Virus record (IMG/VR): IMGVR_UViG_3300037478_000235
Location: 1 to 38,478 of that record
Origin: a virus
Taxonomy: Duplodnaviria; Caudoviricetes
DNA: 38,478 bases
Reading direction: 5' to 3' (one strand)
Shown: positions 18,156 through 26,450 of the stretch, piece by piece
Layout: each line of letters opens with the position of its first letter
Position numbering within the stretch: the stretch's first letter is position 1
Notes under the pieces: model-generated
What the model was told of the DNA's origin: nothing
The model's database searches: none
What the model saw: the letters and a program-made list of their open reading frames with translations, nothing else
Made by a program: the position numbers and the translations under genes

Positions 18156-19298
18156 ATGCTGCGGACCTATAAATACAGATTGTACCCGACAAGAAATCAG
18201 TCCGAGGCTATCAATTCGCAGTTCGGCCTTTGTTGTTGGCTTTACAACACGGCTCTGGAACACAGGATAACGGCTTACAAAAAACTCAGTAAGTTTGTAC
18301 TGTACACCTGTCAAAATAAGGAGCTTCCTGAAATTAAAGACGCTTTCCCTCAATTCAAACAAGTCCATTCTCAAGTATTGCAGGATGTTTTGAGACGGCT
18401 GGATAAAGCCTTTCAAAATTTCTTCCGTAGAATTAAGACAGGACAAAAGCCCGGATTTCCCCGTTTCAAATCCGGTGACCGGTATACTTCGATCACTTAT
18501 CCTCAGGGTGGGTTCGCCATCAAAGGCAATCGCCTGGAACTTTCTAAAATAGGACGTGTTAGAATCCGCCAGCATCGTGGCATCGTGGATGGCGGCAAGG
18601 TAAAGACCTGTACCATTACTAAGTCCGGTAACCACTGGTACTGCTCTCTGGTAGTGGAGTATCAACTTATCGCCCCTAAGAAAGTAGTCAGTAATGCGGT
18701 TGGTGTTGATCTCGGCCTTAACTCCTTCGCAGTTCTTTCGGATGGCGTCGTGATCGACAATCCGCGCTACTACCGTAAGTCTCAGGATGAACTTAAAGAG
18801 GTTCAATCCAAATATTCTCTTCAAAAGGGCAAGGCAACGAAAAGAAAGTTGTCGGCCTTGCATCGCAAGGTCTCCAATCAACGCAAAGACTTCCTGCATA
18901 AGGAAAGCCGGAGGATGATAGATACTTACGATCTGATTGCACACGAAGACCTTAACATCAAGGGCCTGGCTCAACTGAGTCTTTCTAAAAGCGTTCATGA
19001 TGCGGGATGGGGAATGTTCATAGCAATGCTCACGTACAAAGCGGAAGAAGCTGGTACGCACGTAGTCGCTGTCAATCCCTATCGCACTTCTCAAACCTGT
19101 TCCAATTGTGGGGCAATAGTCAAAAAGACGCTGGCTGACCGTCAGCATGACTGTCCACAGTGTGGGTTGAGTATGGATCGTGATCTGAACGCTGCTCATA
19201 ATATTTTAAAGTTAGGAACTAGCTTAGCGGAACAGACTTGTCTGTACCCTGAAGCCACCTTTGAGGATGGCAGTTCACATGCTTTGCGTGTGCGGTAG
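18156..19298 (+). CDS. tnpB: RNA-guided endonuclease TnpB (IS200/IS605 family)
   Basis: MLRTYKYRLYPT start; GFPRFK; RuvC-I GVDLG, RuvC-II AHEDL, Zn finger CSNC/CPQC, RuvC-III DRDLNAAHNI; all three acidic residues present. Confidence 0.96.
   Translation: MLRTYKYRLYPTRNQSEAINSQFGLCCWLYNTALEHRITAYKKLSKFVLYTCQNKELPEIKDAFPQFKQVHSQVLQDVLRRLDKAFQNFFRRIKTGQKPGFPRFKSGDRYTSITYPQGGFAIKGNRLELSKIGRVRIRQHRGIVDGGKVKTCTITKSGNHWYCSLVVEYQLIAPKKVVSNAVGVDLGLNSFAVLSDGVVIDNPRYYRKSQDELKEVQSKYSLQKGKATKRKLSALHRKVSNQRKDFLHKESRRMIDTYDLIAHEDLNIKGLAQLSLSKSVHDAGWGMFIAMLTYKAEEAGTHVVAVNPYRTSQTCSNCGAIVKKTLADRQHDCPQCGLSMDRDLNAAHNILKLGTSLAEQTCLYPEATFEDGSSHALRVR
19150..19298 (+). ncRNA. Predicted omega/reRNA: scaffold ends at 19278, guide about 19279-19298; 5' end approximate
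   Basis: GAAGCCACCTTTGAGGATGGCAGTTCAC hairpin and end motif typical of IS605-group right ends; TnpB guides derive from the DNA flanking the right end. Confidence 0.65.
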
Positions 19299-19598
19299 GT
19301 CATAACATTGGCTCTGTAAAATTGAGTTAACGAATGTGGGGTACGCGTCCCGGCTCAGGCTATAGCGTGTTACTTGCTTTTCGACTTTGAATCCTACGCT
19401 CTCGATTAAGATCATGTACCTGTAGACTGTACGGCGATCAACGTGGAGAACCTCAGATAGTCTGGTAATGGTGTATTGTCCTTTGAACATCAGGTCAATC
19501 ATCCTGAATATTCTTTCCAGTTTGGGGGCATTGTACACTCCTTCCGGCTCAACTGACTTAACTGGCCCAGTAAGCCACATATAGTTGCTGCTCGTCAT
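19275..19598 (-). CDS. HTH DNA-binding protein (HTH_11-like)
   Basis: YTITRLSEVLHVDRRTVYRYM helix-turn-helix. Confidence 0.75.
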   Translation of the reverse strand: MTSSNYMWLTGPVKSVEPEGVYNAPKLERIFRMIDLMFKGQYTITRLSEVLHVDRRTVYRYMILIESVGFKVEKQVTRYSLSRDAYPTFVNSILQSQCYDLPHTQSM

Positions 19599-20149
19599 AA
19601 GTCCCTAAGTTTTAACCATTCATTTTCTTCAACCCAGTTCTCATTAGGCTTGCCAGTATGCGGATCAAAACATTCCCGTATCCATTCGTTGTGTAATTGC
19701 AGTTGCTTGACTATACTCGCAGGGGTCGGCCGGACCTTTGTAGCTAATGGCCTTACCTGGCCTTCGCGTTCTATTTGCCTCTTGTCCATTGGCGGTACAG
19801 GACGGCAGGCTGTCTCTAACTGCTTTAGGTACTCAGCTATCAACTTGTCTGTTTCTGCTTTTTCTTCGGGTGTGGAGGGCGCTGGTAGGGGGCTATCCGA
19901 ATTTGGTATCTCCTGCCAGTTCTGCACCACCTTCACCGGCTCAGGTTTTAGATACGTTAGTTTGTTGTGGACGTATTTGCGGAACTCCTGAACGCTATAG
20001 AACTTATACTTTTCAGGATCAGACAGGACCTCGCCGTAAATCAACTGGGCTGCCTGACGCACCGACTTTCCCCTGTGGATCATGGCCATACTGTCAAACC
20101 ACAGGTCGTCGGATACCAGGTCATTGTAAAATTCTTCAAAAGGTTTCAT
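19595..20149 (-). CDS. Hypothetical protein, possibly replication-related
   Basis: 184 aa, coupled to the HTH gene; follows a long non-coding region. Confidence 0.55.
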   Translation of the reverse strand: MKPFEEFYNDLVSDDLWFDSMAMIHRGKSVRQAAQLIYGEVLSDPEKYKFYSVQEFRKYVHNKLTYLKPEPVKVVQNWQEIPNSDSPLPAPSTPEEKAETDKLIAEYLKQLETACRPVPPMDKRQIEREGQVRPLATKVRPTPASIVKQLQLHNEWIRECFDPHTGKPNENWVEENEWLKLRDL

Positions 20150-20571
20150 AGCACTTAAACTGTTACTTTAAATAAATCCCGTTGGACATACCGACTTTTC
20201 TCCCTGGATTTGTTACCTTTGCCACTAGTCGTAGCTTTGAGGTATTTCAATCCATTGAACAAAGGGGGCTTTCTCTAAAACAGATTGTCCCCTTTCTTGT
20301 TTAATCAGTGTCCGTCTCTCCCCTGTCAATTCCTTCAATTAAGAAGGCATGTTTTAACCCATCTAAGAGCGAGTTTTATCAAAGCCTTTCAGCCAATCCA
20401 TTGACTGGGTTTGTCAGTCGTCGACTACCCAGATTAACTCCTCCACTGTTAAACTCTTGCTTTTCAATCAGTCTCTGTTATCTGATCAGGCTGAGCAAGT
20501 TTTGCAGAACCTTTTAATCTATATTTCTAATCCTGGCACCAGCAGGCTAACAAACCACACAAGGAAGGTTT

Positions 20572-20742
20572 TCATTTCTTTATCCTTTCAATTTCGTGCG
20601 CTTCAAAACATTTCAGTCCTGTCCATTCTTTCGGGTAATCCAGCTCAACGCAATAGCGTGTCAGATGCACTCGTGAAAAGTGTTCCAGGGTTTTAATAGT
20701 TCCTGCGCCATCAGGGGTTTGTACTCTGTCGCCGGGTTTCAT
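20572..20742 (-). CDS. Small SH3/KOW-like hypothetical protein
   Basis: MKPGDRVQTPDGAGTI. Confidence 0.45.
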   Translation of the reverse strand: MKPGDRVQTPDGAGTIKTLEHFSRVHLTRYCVELDYPKEWTGLKCFEAHEIERIKK

Positions 20743-20957
20743 AATTCTTTTACCAAATTTTCCCATTTACGCCTCGCATTCTTCTTATTCAGAGCAACTA
20801 TGTACCGACATCCAGACTGTTCGATTAACTGTAGGTATCTAGTGGTTTGCGAGTGATTCGGGCTACCTGAAATGAATATGCTCAAAGGCCTATATTTTGC
20901 CTCACGTATTTCACCAGATGACATATCACATTCCCACATGGTTAAACCTTTCTTCAT
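20739..20957 (-). CDS. Hypothetical protein
   Basis: Coupled ORF in early operon. Confidence 0.5.
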   Translation of the reverse strand: MKKGLTMWECDMSSGEIREAKYRPLSIFISGSPNHSQTTRYLQLIEQSGCRYIVALNKKNARRKWENLVKEL

Positions 20958-21061
20958 CTTCTCGGCGTTAGGTAAACCCTCTCAGACTTAGGGTACACAG
21001 GGGAACAGGAACTGAGAAATAAAGAATATCAGCGTCCAGCAGAGGTAGATAATTAGGCGTT

Positions 21062-21478
21062 TCATACCGGTATGTTAAATCGTTCATTCCAAACTTTTTT
21101 TATCTCCGTCAGCGTTTTAATGTCAACCATTGAGGCCAGAACAGGCGGAATTCTTACCTTGTGTCTGGGATTGTTTACAAGCTGCTTCTCGGGGTAGTCA
21201 CAGAGAATCCATTTCTTCGTGGCTTGGCGCTTCAGGTAGTTATGGCGTATGTCCTCGATTGCGGTTGAGAGGTCCGGCAGATTAAGGCACGATGCCAACA
21301 CGTCAACCGGCATAGTTCGCGGGATTGTCTCATCGGCTAAGTACTCTCTGACCTTCTCTCGCTTATGCGGCAGGTCTTTGTGCCCGATCTTACAGTTAGC
21401 TGCAATCATCTTCTCCAGGGCCTCAATTGGCTCAATGTCAAGGATAAATGCGAGTTGTTTGTAACTTATTTCCGTCAT
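21062..21478 (-). CDS. Hypothetical protein
   Basis: Coupled ORF in early operon. Confidence 0.55.
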   Translation of the reverse strand: MTEISYKQLAFILDIEPIEALEKMIAANCKIGHKDLPHKREKVREYLADETIPRTMPVDVLASCLNLPDLSTAIEDIRHNYLKRQATKKWILCDYPEKQLVNNPRHKVRIPPVLASMVDIKTLTEIKKVWNERFNIPV

Positions 21479-21795
21479 TGCAGTATGTCTATTATTTTGT
21501 CAACAGCTACCTGTAGATCGTCATCTATGATTTCCAGCTTGTCAAGCGCAGACCGAGCCTCACGAATCATTTCCTTGAGGTCGGTAACCTCATCGTTGGC
21601 CGAGTCCAACTCATCCTCAAGTGACCCGATTTCCATTTTTAAATCATTTGCCTCATAGAAAACATTGTGTATTATGTGGTGCCAGTTATTTTTACTAATA
21701 TGCTCCACGAGTTCCTGTAGCAATCCAGTAAACTCAATCTCTGATAATGATTTAAGTTTTTTAAGTAGTACGAATTCCTGTTTTACCGTTATCAT
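21475..21795 (-). CDS. Acidic coiled-coil protein
   Basis: Heptad-rich acidic C-half. Confidence 0.55.
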   Translation of the reverse strand: MITVKQEFVLLKKLKSLSEIEFTGLLQELVEHISKNNWHHIIHNVFYEANDLKMEIGSLEDELDSANDEVTDLKEMIREARSALDKLEIIDDDLQVAVDKIIDILQ

Positions 21796-22163
21796 AACCC
21801 ATTATTTTTAAGTACCACATAACCACCTATGATTATCCCCGCTACAAAGCATCGCACCAACAGAAACTTGTAAGGATCGAACCGGATAATGAACTTCTCC
21901 CACGCCTTACCATTTGTTGTTGACACGTAGTCCCACCTTTTTTTTCTTAACTTGTTAAGCGCAATGTCAAACCATACAAAAGGCGCAACCGCTAAACATA
22001 AATTCGACGGCGGGATAGTAAGTACCCATAGGGTTTCAGTAGAGCAGAGGCCGATTAAGATAACGCGGAGCCATAACGGTAAATCTTTCTTGTTCCATTT
22101 GATAAGGAAGAAGTCAAGAAGCAATTCAAATATGAACGGTATCAGTGGTATCATTTCTTTCAT
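21792..22163 (-). CDS. Membrane protein
   Basis: Several hydrophobic segments. Confidence 0.55.
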   Translation of the reverse strand: MKEMIPLIPFIFELLLDFFLIKWNKKDLPLWLRVILIGLCSTETLWVLTIPPSNLCLAVAPFVWFDIALNKLRKKRWDYVSTTNGKAWEKFIIRFDPYKFLLVRCFVAGIIIGGYVVLKNNGL

Positions 22164-22366
22164 TAAAATAAATCACACAAGTAACAATACTTTTTCTTGT
22201 CTTCGAAGTAGGCCAGAGTTAGCACATGATCGCAGCTTTGGCACCTTCGAAAGTGCGCCCGAACCCATTGTCTTTTGAATGACTTGAATGTCTGCTTAGA
22301 ACGTCCAGCGACAAAGGCATCATTCAGTGCTTGCAATATTATTTCGTCAGGTTCAATCATTCCCAT
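22163..22366 (-). CDS. Small zinc-finger protein
   Basis: CQSC...CYLC. Confidence 0.5.
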   Translation of the reverse strand: MGMIEPDEIILQALNDAFVAGRSKQTFKSFKRQWVRAHFRRCQSCDHVLTLAYFEDKKKYCYLCDLF

Positions 22367-22593
22367 CCTTTTTTAAATTCATGCACACCATAGAAATTAT
22401 TTTCACTAGTGAATACCTTGCCGCGCCTTTCTTCGGTATAGACATATTTGTACATGCCTTTTTTTTCATCCCACTTTAATAGTGCATGCTGACCGTTCAA
22501 AAAGTCGTAGTTGTAATGACTTACTATAGTGATTTTGTCGCCAGGCGATAATACATTGCCATAACTGTCTTTGAATGGTGTTGCTGTTTTCAT
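22357..22593 (-). CDS. Hypothetical protein (YopX C-terminus-like)
   Basis: FKDSYGNVLSPGDKI. Confidence 0.45.
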   Translation of the reverse strand: MKTATPFKDSYGNVLSPGDKITIVSHYNYDFLNGQHALLKWDEKKGMYKYVYTEERRGKVFTSENNFYGVHEFKKGWE

Positions 22594-22778
22594 TTCTTCT
22601 TAGTTACCACATACCAAACTCCAATAAGCAATACAAAGCCAGCGGCGAACCACTTGTAATCCGAAAGGAAATGCCCAAAGGTTTCATTCTGCAGGTAGGA
22701 TATCCCGGCTGCTTTAAGCACAAGCCACAGAGCAGGCAGGGTGATAAAGACAAGTAGAGGGACTAACAAGCGTTTCAT
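22590..22778 (-). CDS. Small two-TM protein
   Basis: MKRLLVPLLVFITLPALWLVL...; coupled to the exonuclease stop. Confidence 0.5.
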   Translation of the reverse strand: MKRLLVPLLVFITLPALWLVLKAAGISYLQNETFGHFLSDYKWFAAGFVLLIGVWYVVTKKK

Positions 22779-23518
22779 TTGAGAAGGGTTAGGAGTTTGA
22801 GTTTCTCCTCCACAGCCAGGGCGATTTTCTTGCATATCAAATCCTGCTCTTCGGGGTTGGCGTCAATCATTATGTGCGTCATAATGTGCTCTGGCTTCAG
22901 ATAATTCGGATCGTATGTCACGAAGTGGCAGCGCTTCCGGCCAGTGAATAACAGGTTAGATTGACACTGCCAGTAATAGGCCGGGTACATTCTCTTAACG
23001 TCCCATTGATCGGTGAGCATCAGGTAGTCTATTTGGGTGTCGATTGCGTAAGGACATTTTACTTCCAGAATATCATCGTCCTCAATCAGCCCATCAGGTG
23101 AGCCTCCACCATGATCCCCGAACGTCACAAAACCAACTGGTTCGACTTTCAGCCCTTTGGTTTCGCTGAAATGTTCAATTGCCCGGGGTTCCATTTCCTT
23201 ACCGTACACGATCGGATAGGCGTAGCTAGAAGGCTTCGGCATGGCAGTAAGTACCTCAGCAACCTTTTCCTTTATGTAACTCATGGCCGAGTCTGCAAGG
23301 ACTTCAGGGGCCAATGCGCGAGTAACTTTAGAACCGGTCCCGGTCTTTGGCCTTTCCTTCAATTCCTCCTGTGTCATGGGCCGGTAACCCGGGGCCATCA
23401 GCTCGGACATTCGGGATGAAGTGAACCGGCCTGCCCGGACGCTATCCCACTCAGCGCTGTTCTGGTCTATGTGTCGCACCGCCCTGGCAGTGTCGATCAT
23501 TTCGTCTAAGAAACTCAT
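22775..23518 (-). CDS. YqaJ-like / lambda exonuclease family recombinase
   Basis: EW...RAGRFTSS, YGKEMEP, GSPDG, LEVKCP, YYWQCQ motifs. Confidence 0.9.
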   Translation of the reverse strand: MSFLDEMIDTARAVRHIDQNSAEWDSVRAGRFTSSRMSELMAPGYRPMTQEELKERPKTGTGSKVTRALAPEVLADSAMSYIKEKVAEVLTAMPKPSSYAYPIVYGKEMEPRAIEHFSETKGLKVEPVGFVTFGDHGGGSPDGLIEDDDILEVKCPYAIDTQIDYLMLTDQWDVKRMYPAYYWQCQSNLLFTGRKRCHFVTYDPNYLKPEHIMTHIMIDANPEEQDLICKKIALAVEEKLKLLTLLK

Positions 23519-24294
23519 GCTTCAGGTTGTTGATGTGTGGCCAATATCTTTCTCAATTCTGCAATCGCCTTAACGTAGTTCTTTCCCGTGCGCTCACCCT
23601 TCCAATTATCAACGTGATAACGGGTATACTGTGCGTCAATCTGAATCAGGGTATTGTAGATTTGAATGAACTCCTTATGCAGTTTGTCCACATCCATTTC
23701 AGGCATCGAGCCGTCCACATCTGAATCTGACGTACTGATCCCTAAAGCCCCTATAAGTGTATAGCGTTTGAGGTATTCTATTGTAGATCCCCTGGCCTGG
23801 ATTGGATTCTTAGATCCGGAGGTATCCGGCTTCGCCATCATTTGCGTTTGCTCTGTGTGCCCGGCTTTATGGGTAACCAAGCACGTAACTTTGATTTCCT
23901 CCACGGAGTCCTGAATCTCCCACCGGTAGGCCAATGACACGTCCTTCAGTGGAACTTTCAATTGTCTGGTTATGTCGGACAGGGTAGCGTAGTGGTACTC
24001 TACCAGCGCATTACCGGCCCGGAAAGAAACCTTTTTAGACTTCCTTAGCTCAGGACATGCCGCCTGGAAATCAGTCAGCGCCTCAAAGAACTGCTCCCGT
24101 GCGATCTTGGCATCCCACTCCTTTTTCATTTCCAGCAGCTTGGACAGTTTCTCGATGTCCAGGTCCTTGTTGATGGCAAGCTCAATCAATTGCGCCGGCG
24201 TTGCCTGTTTGGTGATTACGATTTTGTCGTTCATAGCTTTTTCGGTTACATGGACATCACATCCTTCAGTAAAACTGTGTGCGCTGTTTTCCAT
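23515..24294 (-). CDS. ERF-family ssDNA annealing protein
   Basis: YHYATLSDI and KNPIQARGSTIEYLKRYTL...DVDG motifs; start may be 24234. Confidence 0.88.
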   Translation of the reverse strand: MENSAHSFTEGCDVHVTEKAMNDKIVITKQATPAQLIELAINKDLDIEKLSKLLEMKKEWDAKIAREQFFEALTDFQAACPELRKSKKVSFRAGNALVEYHYATLSDITRQLKVPLKDVSLAYRWEIQDSVEEIKVTCLVTHKAGHTEQTQMMAKPDTSGSKNPIQARGSTIEYLKRYTLIGALGISTSDSDVDGSMPEMDVDKLHKEFIQIYNTLIQIDAQYTRYHVDNWKGERTGKNYVKAIAELRKILATHQQPEA

Positions 24295-24355
24295 TATTTC
24301 TTGCTTGTTTGTTCAAGTTTAAATACCACAGCCAATCCAGCCGCATAGAAGGTTT

Positions 24356-24691
24356 TCATTTCACAAGTATTTTCCTGTTCACCCAATCGGTTTCAATCTG
24401 CTTTCCGAACATCTTAGCAAATTCCACGGCCTCTGAATACCAGAATCTGTAGGTGCAGTCGTTAAGCCGTGGCCACTGGAACACAACTTCCCATTTACCA
24501 AGTTTAAGTCCGTCGTCAATGTAGTCCACACACGCAGCGAATGACTCAAAGCCCCGTATACGTTCACCGTCTGAATACTCCCAAACGTGGCCGATCCTAC
24601 GTGCGTACGGATCAACAGTTAACTGGATTATGTACCCCTGGTACTCGTGTCTTGATACCCCTTGTGCTAAAACTGCGAATAGTCCTTTCAT
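24356..24691 (-). CDS. Hypothetical protein
   Basis: Coupled ORF. Confidence 0.55.
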   Translation of the reverse strand: MKGLFAVLAQGVSRHEYQGYIIQLTVDPYARRIGHVWEYSDGERIRGFESFAACVDYIDDGLKLGKWEVVFQWPRLNDCTYRFWYSEAVEFAKMFGKQIETDWVNRKILVK

Positions 24692-24948
24692 TTTTCAAGT
24701 CGTTTAATTGCATTTTGTAGTACACGTCTTCGGATAGCGGCTCCGCGTTTGGTTAGTGGCCAACAGAAAAAATCCTCATAATTCTTAGGCGGTAGCTTTA
24801 TTCCGAACTGCGCCGGGTTCAATTCTTCATCTGCTGTCACTTCCCATATCGCGTTGCATATACCCCACCCGTACTCCTTTGCATTGATAGCCTGGTCAGC
24901 TAGTTTCAAGGCTTTTTTCAGAATAGAAATCTTTTGCCGGGTTGTCAT
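24688..24948 (-). CDS. Hypothetical protein
   Basis: Coupled ORF. Confidence 0.55.
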   Translation of the reverse strand: MTTRQKISILKKALKLADQAINAKEYGWGICNAIWEVTADEELNPAQFGIKLPPKNYEDFFCWPLTKRGAAIRRRVLQNAIKRLEK

Positions 24949-25202
24949 TTCAATTGATATTTCGGTTCATACTTACACTCTATCTCACACCCTGGAAATT
25001 CCGTTTTCAGCATATCAGTTATAGAATTATACAGATCATCGGGGTGGCACTCAAACCCAGGTTCTACCGAATACTCTACCCCTATTATTCTTACTGTGTT
25101 CATCCACCTTTCAATGAAGTCCACTTCACAAGAAATAGTAACTTCTAATTCTGTATCTTCATCTAAGAAGCCGGCGGTGAATGTGTCGGTTTGAATTGTC
25201 AT
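24945..25202 (-). CDS. Acidic hypothetical protein
   Basis: Coupled ORF, Asp/Glu-rich. Confidence 0.55.
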   Translation of the reverse strand: MTIQTDTFTAGFLDEDTELEVTISCEVDFIERWMNTVRIIGVEYSVEPGFECHPDDLYNSITDMLKTEFPGCEIECKYEPKYQLK

Positions 25203-25630
25203 GGCTTCGTTTCAAGTGAATGGATAAACTCCATAAACTTTGCGGATGGCTTCTTGTCGGGATTGGAAGTCTCAAGGGCCTTTAAATCCTCTGCGTACTC
25301 ATCAGGGAATTTGTAGTAAAAGGTCGCGTACGTAGAATCATAATCGTCATTTTCATCGTAAAGAAAACCAGGAACTTCTCTCAAGTCCTGATTCCACGGA
25401 CCGCTAGGACTGTCATCACCGACAAATCGTTCAGGATAGTTGGCCCTGCACGCTGATTCATTTTCGTAATATTCCCGGTTGCCGCCCCCCGTTCTTGTGT
25501 AAATGGCTATCTTACCATCAGAAAGAAAAGCATCCCGGAACCTCGGTATTTGGCCCAAACGTAGTCCGAGCACACCTAACAGGATACCGGCCTTGTTGTT
25601 AACGCCGAATAAAGAATTGTAAAGACTCAT
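25199..25630 (-). CDS. Hypothetical phage protein
   Basis: MSLYNSLFG...RFRD...YTRTGGGNR. Confidence 0.65.
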   Translation of the reverse strand: MSLYNSLFGVNNKAGILLGVLGLRLGQIPRFRDAFLSDGKIAIYTRTGGGNREYYENESACRANYPERFVGDDSPSGPWNQDLREVPGFLYDENDDYDSTYATFYYKFPDEYAEDLKALETSNPDKKPSAKFMEFIHSLETKP

Positions 25631-25721
25631 CTTTGAAAATTGATTAAGTAAAACTCAATAGCCTTATACCCGTACTTTAAAAGGACAATAGTTATAACTA
25701 TGGTGAGGGTGTGAAGGCGGG

Positions 25722-25931
25722 TCATTCTTCGAGTCTTTGTTTGTCCCTTTTCCACGACTTGTAATTCCGGACAGCGGCTCGAAGATTTCGCTTTTCGACC
25801 TTTAATTCCTGATGTGGTTTGTTGTCTTCGAACCACTTCATTGCAGCTTCTTCCATCTGCTCCTGCCAGTCATCTTTCCATAGTTCGGGGTCGTCAAAGT
25901 CTTCCATGAATTCGTAAAGTGTCATGTTCAA
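25722..25931 (-). CDS. Hypothetical protein
   Basis: Acidic N-half, basic C-half. Confidence 0.5.
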   Translation of the reverse strand: MNMTLYEFMEDFDDPELWKDDWQEQMEEAAMKWFEDNKPHQELKVEKRNLRAAVRNYKSWKRDKQRLEE

Positions 25932-25935
25932 ATGT

Positions 25936-26199
25936 TTAAGCGTTAAGAAACTTTACCGGCTCTTTCCTCGCGTACTTTGCCAGCTTGTCCAGCATCTTGA
26001 TACGTGCGTTGATATGCCGTATCATTTCGTACACCACCCGTTTGGACTTGCACCTTCTTTTGTCCTTGTCTTTATGCGTAGCCTGACAGACCGCTGACTC
26101 TGATATGCCTAGCTTTCTTGCTACCGCTACGTTGTCCCCGTGTTCCCAGTGAAGGTTTATCCAGTCTACCAAGTCGTTGTATGTGCGGGGGGTGTCCAT
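25936..26199 (-). CDS. Cro-like HTH regulator
   Basis: NVAVARKLGISESAVCQA HTH; divergent from the repressor. Confidence 0.7.
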   Translation of the reverse strand: MDTPRTYNDLVDWINLHWEHGDNVAVARKLGISESAVCQATHKDKDKRRCKSKRVVYEMIRHINARIKMLDKLAKYARKEPVKFLNA

Positions 26200-26215
26200 A
26201 TAAGTCTACTTATAT
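26198..26215. promoter_or_regulatory. Palindromic operator copy 1 (ATATAAGT-CT-ACTTATAT)
   Basis: 8-bp inverted repeat; 16 bp identical to 26435-26450. Confidence 0.75.
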
Positions 26216-26400
26216 CAGTACCCAAATTTTTTTAGGTGCTTGTCGAGGGCTGACTCAATAATGTCGCTTTGAGTGAGCCTTTCATCCCTGGTTTCGTACA
26301 GGTGTGTCAGCAATCGTTCCAGCCTGATTTTCACTGACTTAGAGAGCTTCAGCGTAAGATTGGTGTAAGATTCCTGCACGGAGGTTACTTTTTCCGTCAT
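26215..26400 (-). CDS. Ribbon-helix-helix-like regulator
   Basis: NLTLKLSKSV...LTQSDIIESALDKHL; first gene of the leftward operon. Confidence 0.6.
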   Translation of the reverse strand: MTEKVTSVQESYTNLTLKLSKSVKIRLERLLTHLYETRDERLTQSDIIESALDKHLKKFGY

Positions 26401-26429
26401 GTTTTTATATATTTATGTGAATAATGATA

Positions 26430-26437
26430 CAAAGATA
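26430..26437 (-). promoter_or_regulatory. -7 element of the leftward early promoter
   Basis: TATCTTTG on the minus strand matches TAnnTTTG, about 30 nt before the 26400 start. Confidence 0.7.
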
Positions 26438-26450
26438 TAAGTCTACTTAT
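26435..26450. promoter_or_regulatory. Palindromic operator copy 2
   Basis: ATATAAGTCTACTTAT overlaps the leftward -7 element and the repressor ATG. Confidence 0.75.

Larger units (their letters stand above)
18100..19278 (+). mobile_element. TnpA-less IS200/IS605-derived TnpB cassette
   Basis: tnpB, right-end hairpin ending GTTCAC, and a diverged 25-bp duplication (18100-18124 vs 19279-19303) define the boundaries; TTAG precedes the left boundary. Confidence 0.8.

Noticed and set aside
18096-19199. 367-aa antisense ORF across tnpB
   Set aside because: Shadow frame of tnpB with no recognisable motifs; not in frame with DUF1064
18156-19298. Cas12f/CRISPR, nuclease-dead TldR, or IStron interpretation
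   Set aside because: No repeat-spacer array seen; all three RuvC acidic residues are present; only 56 bp upstream, too short for a group I intron
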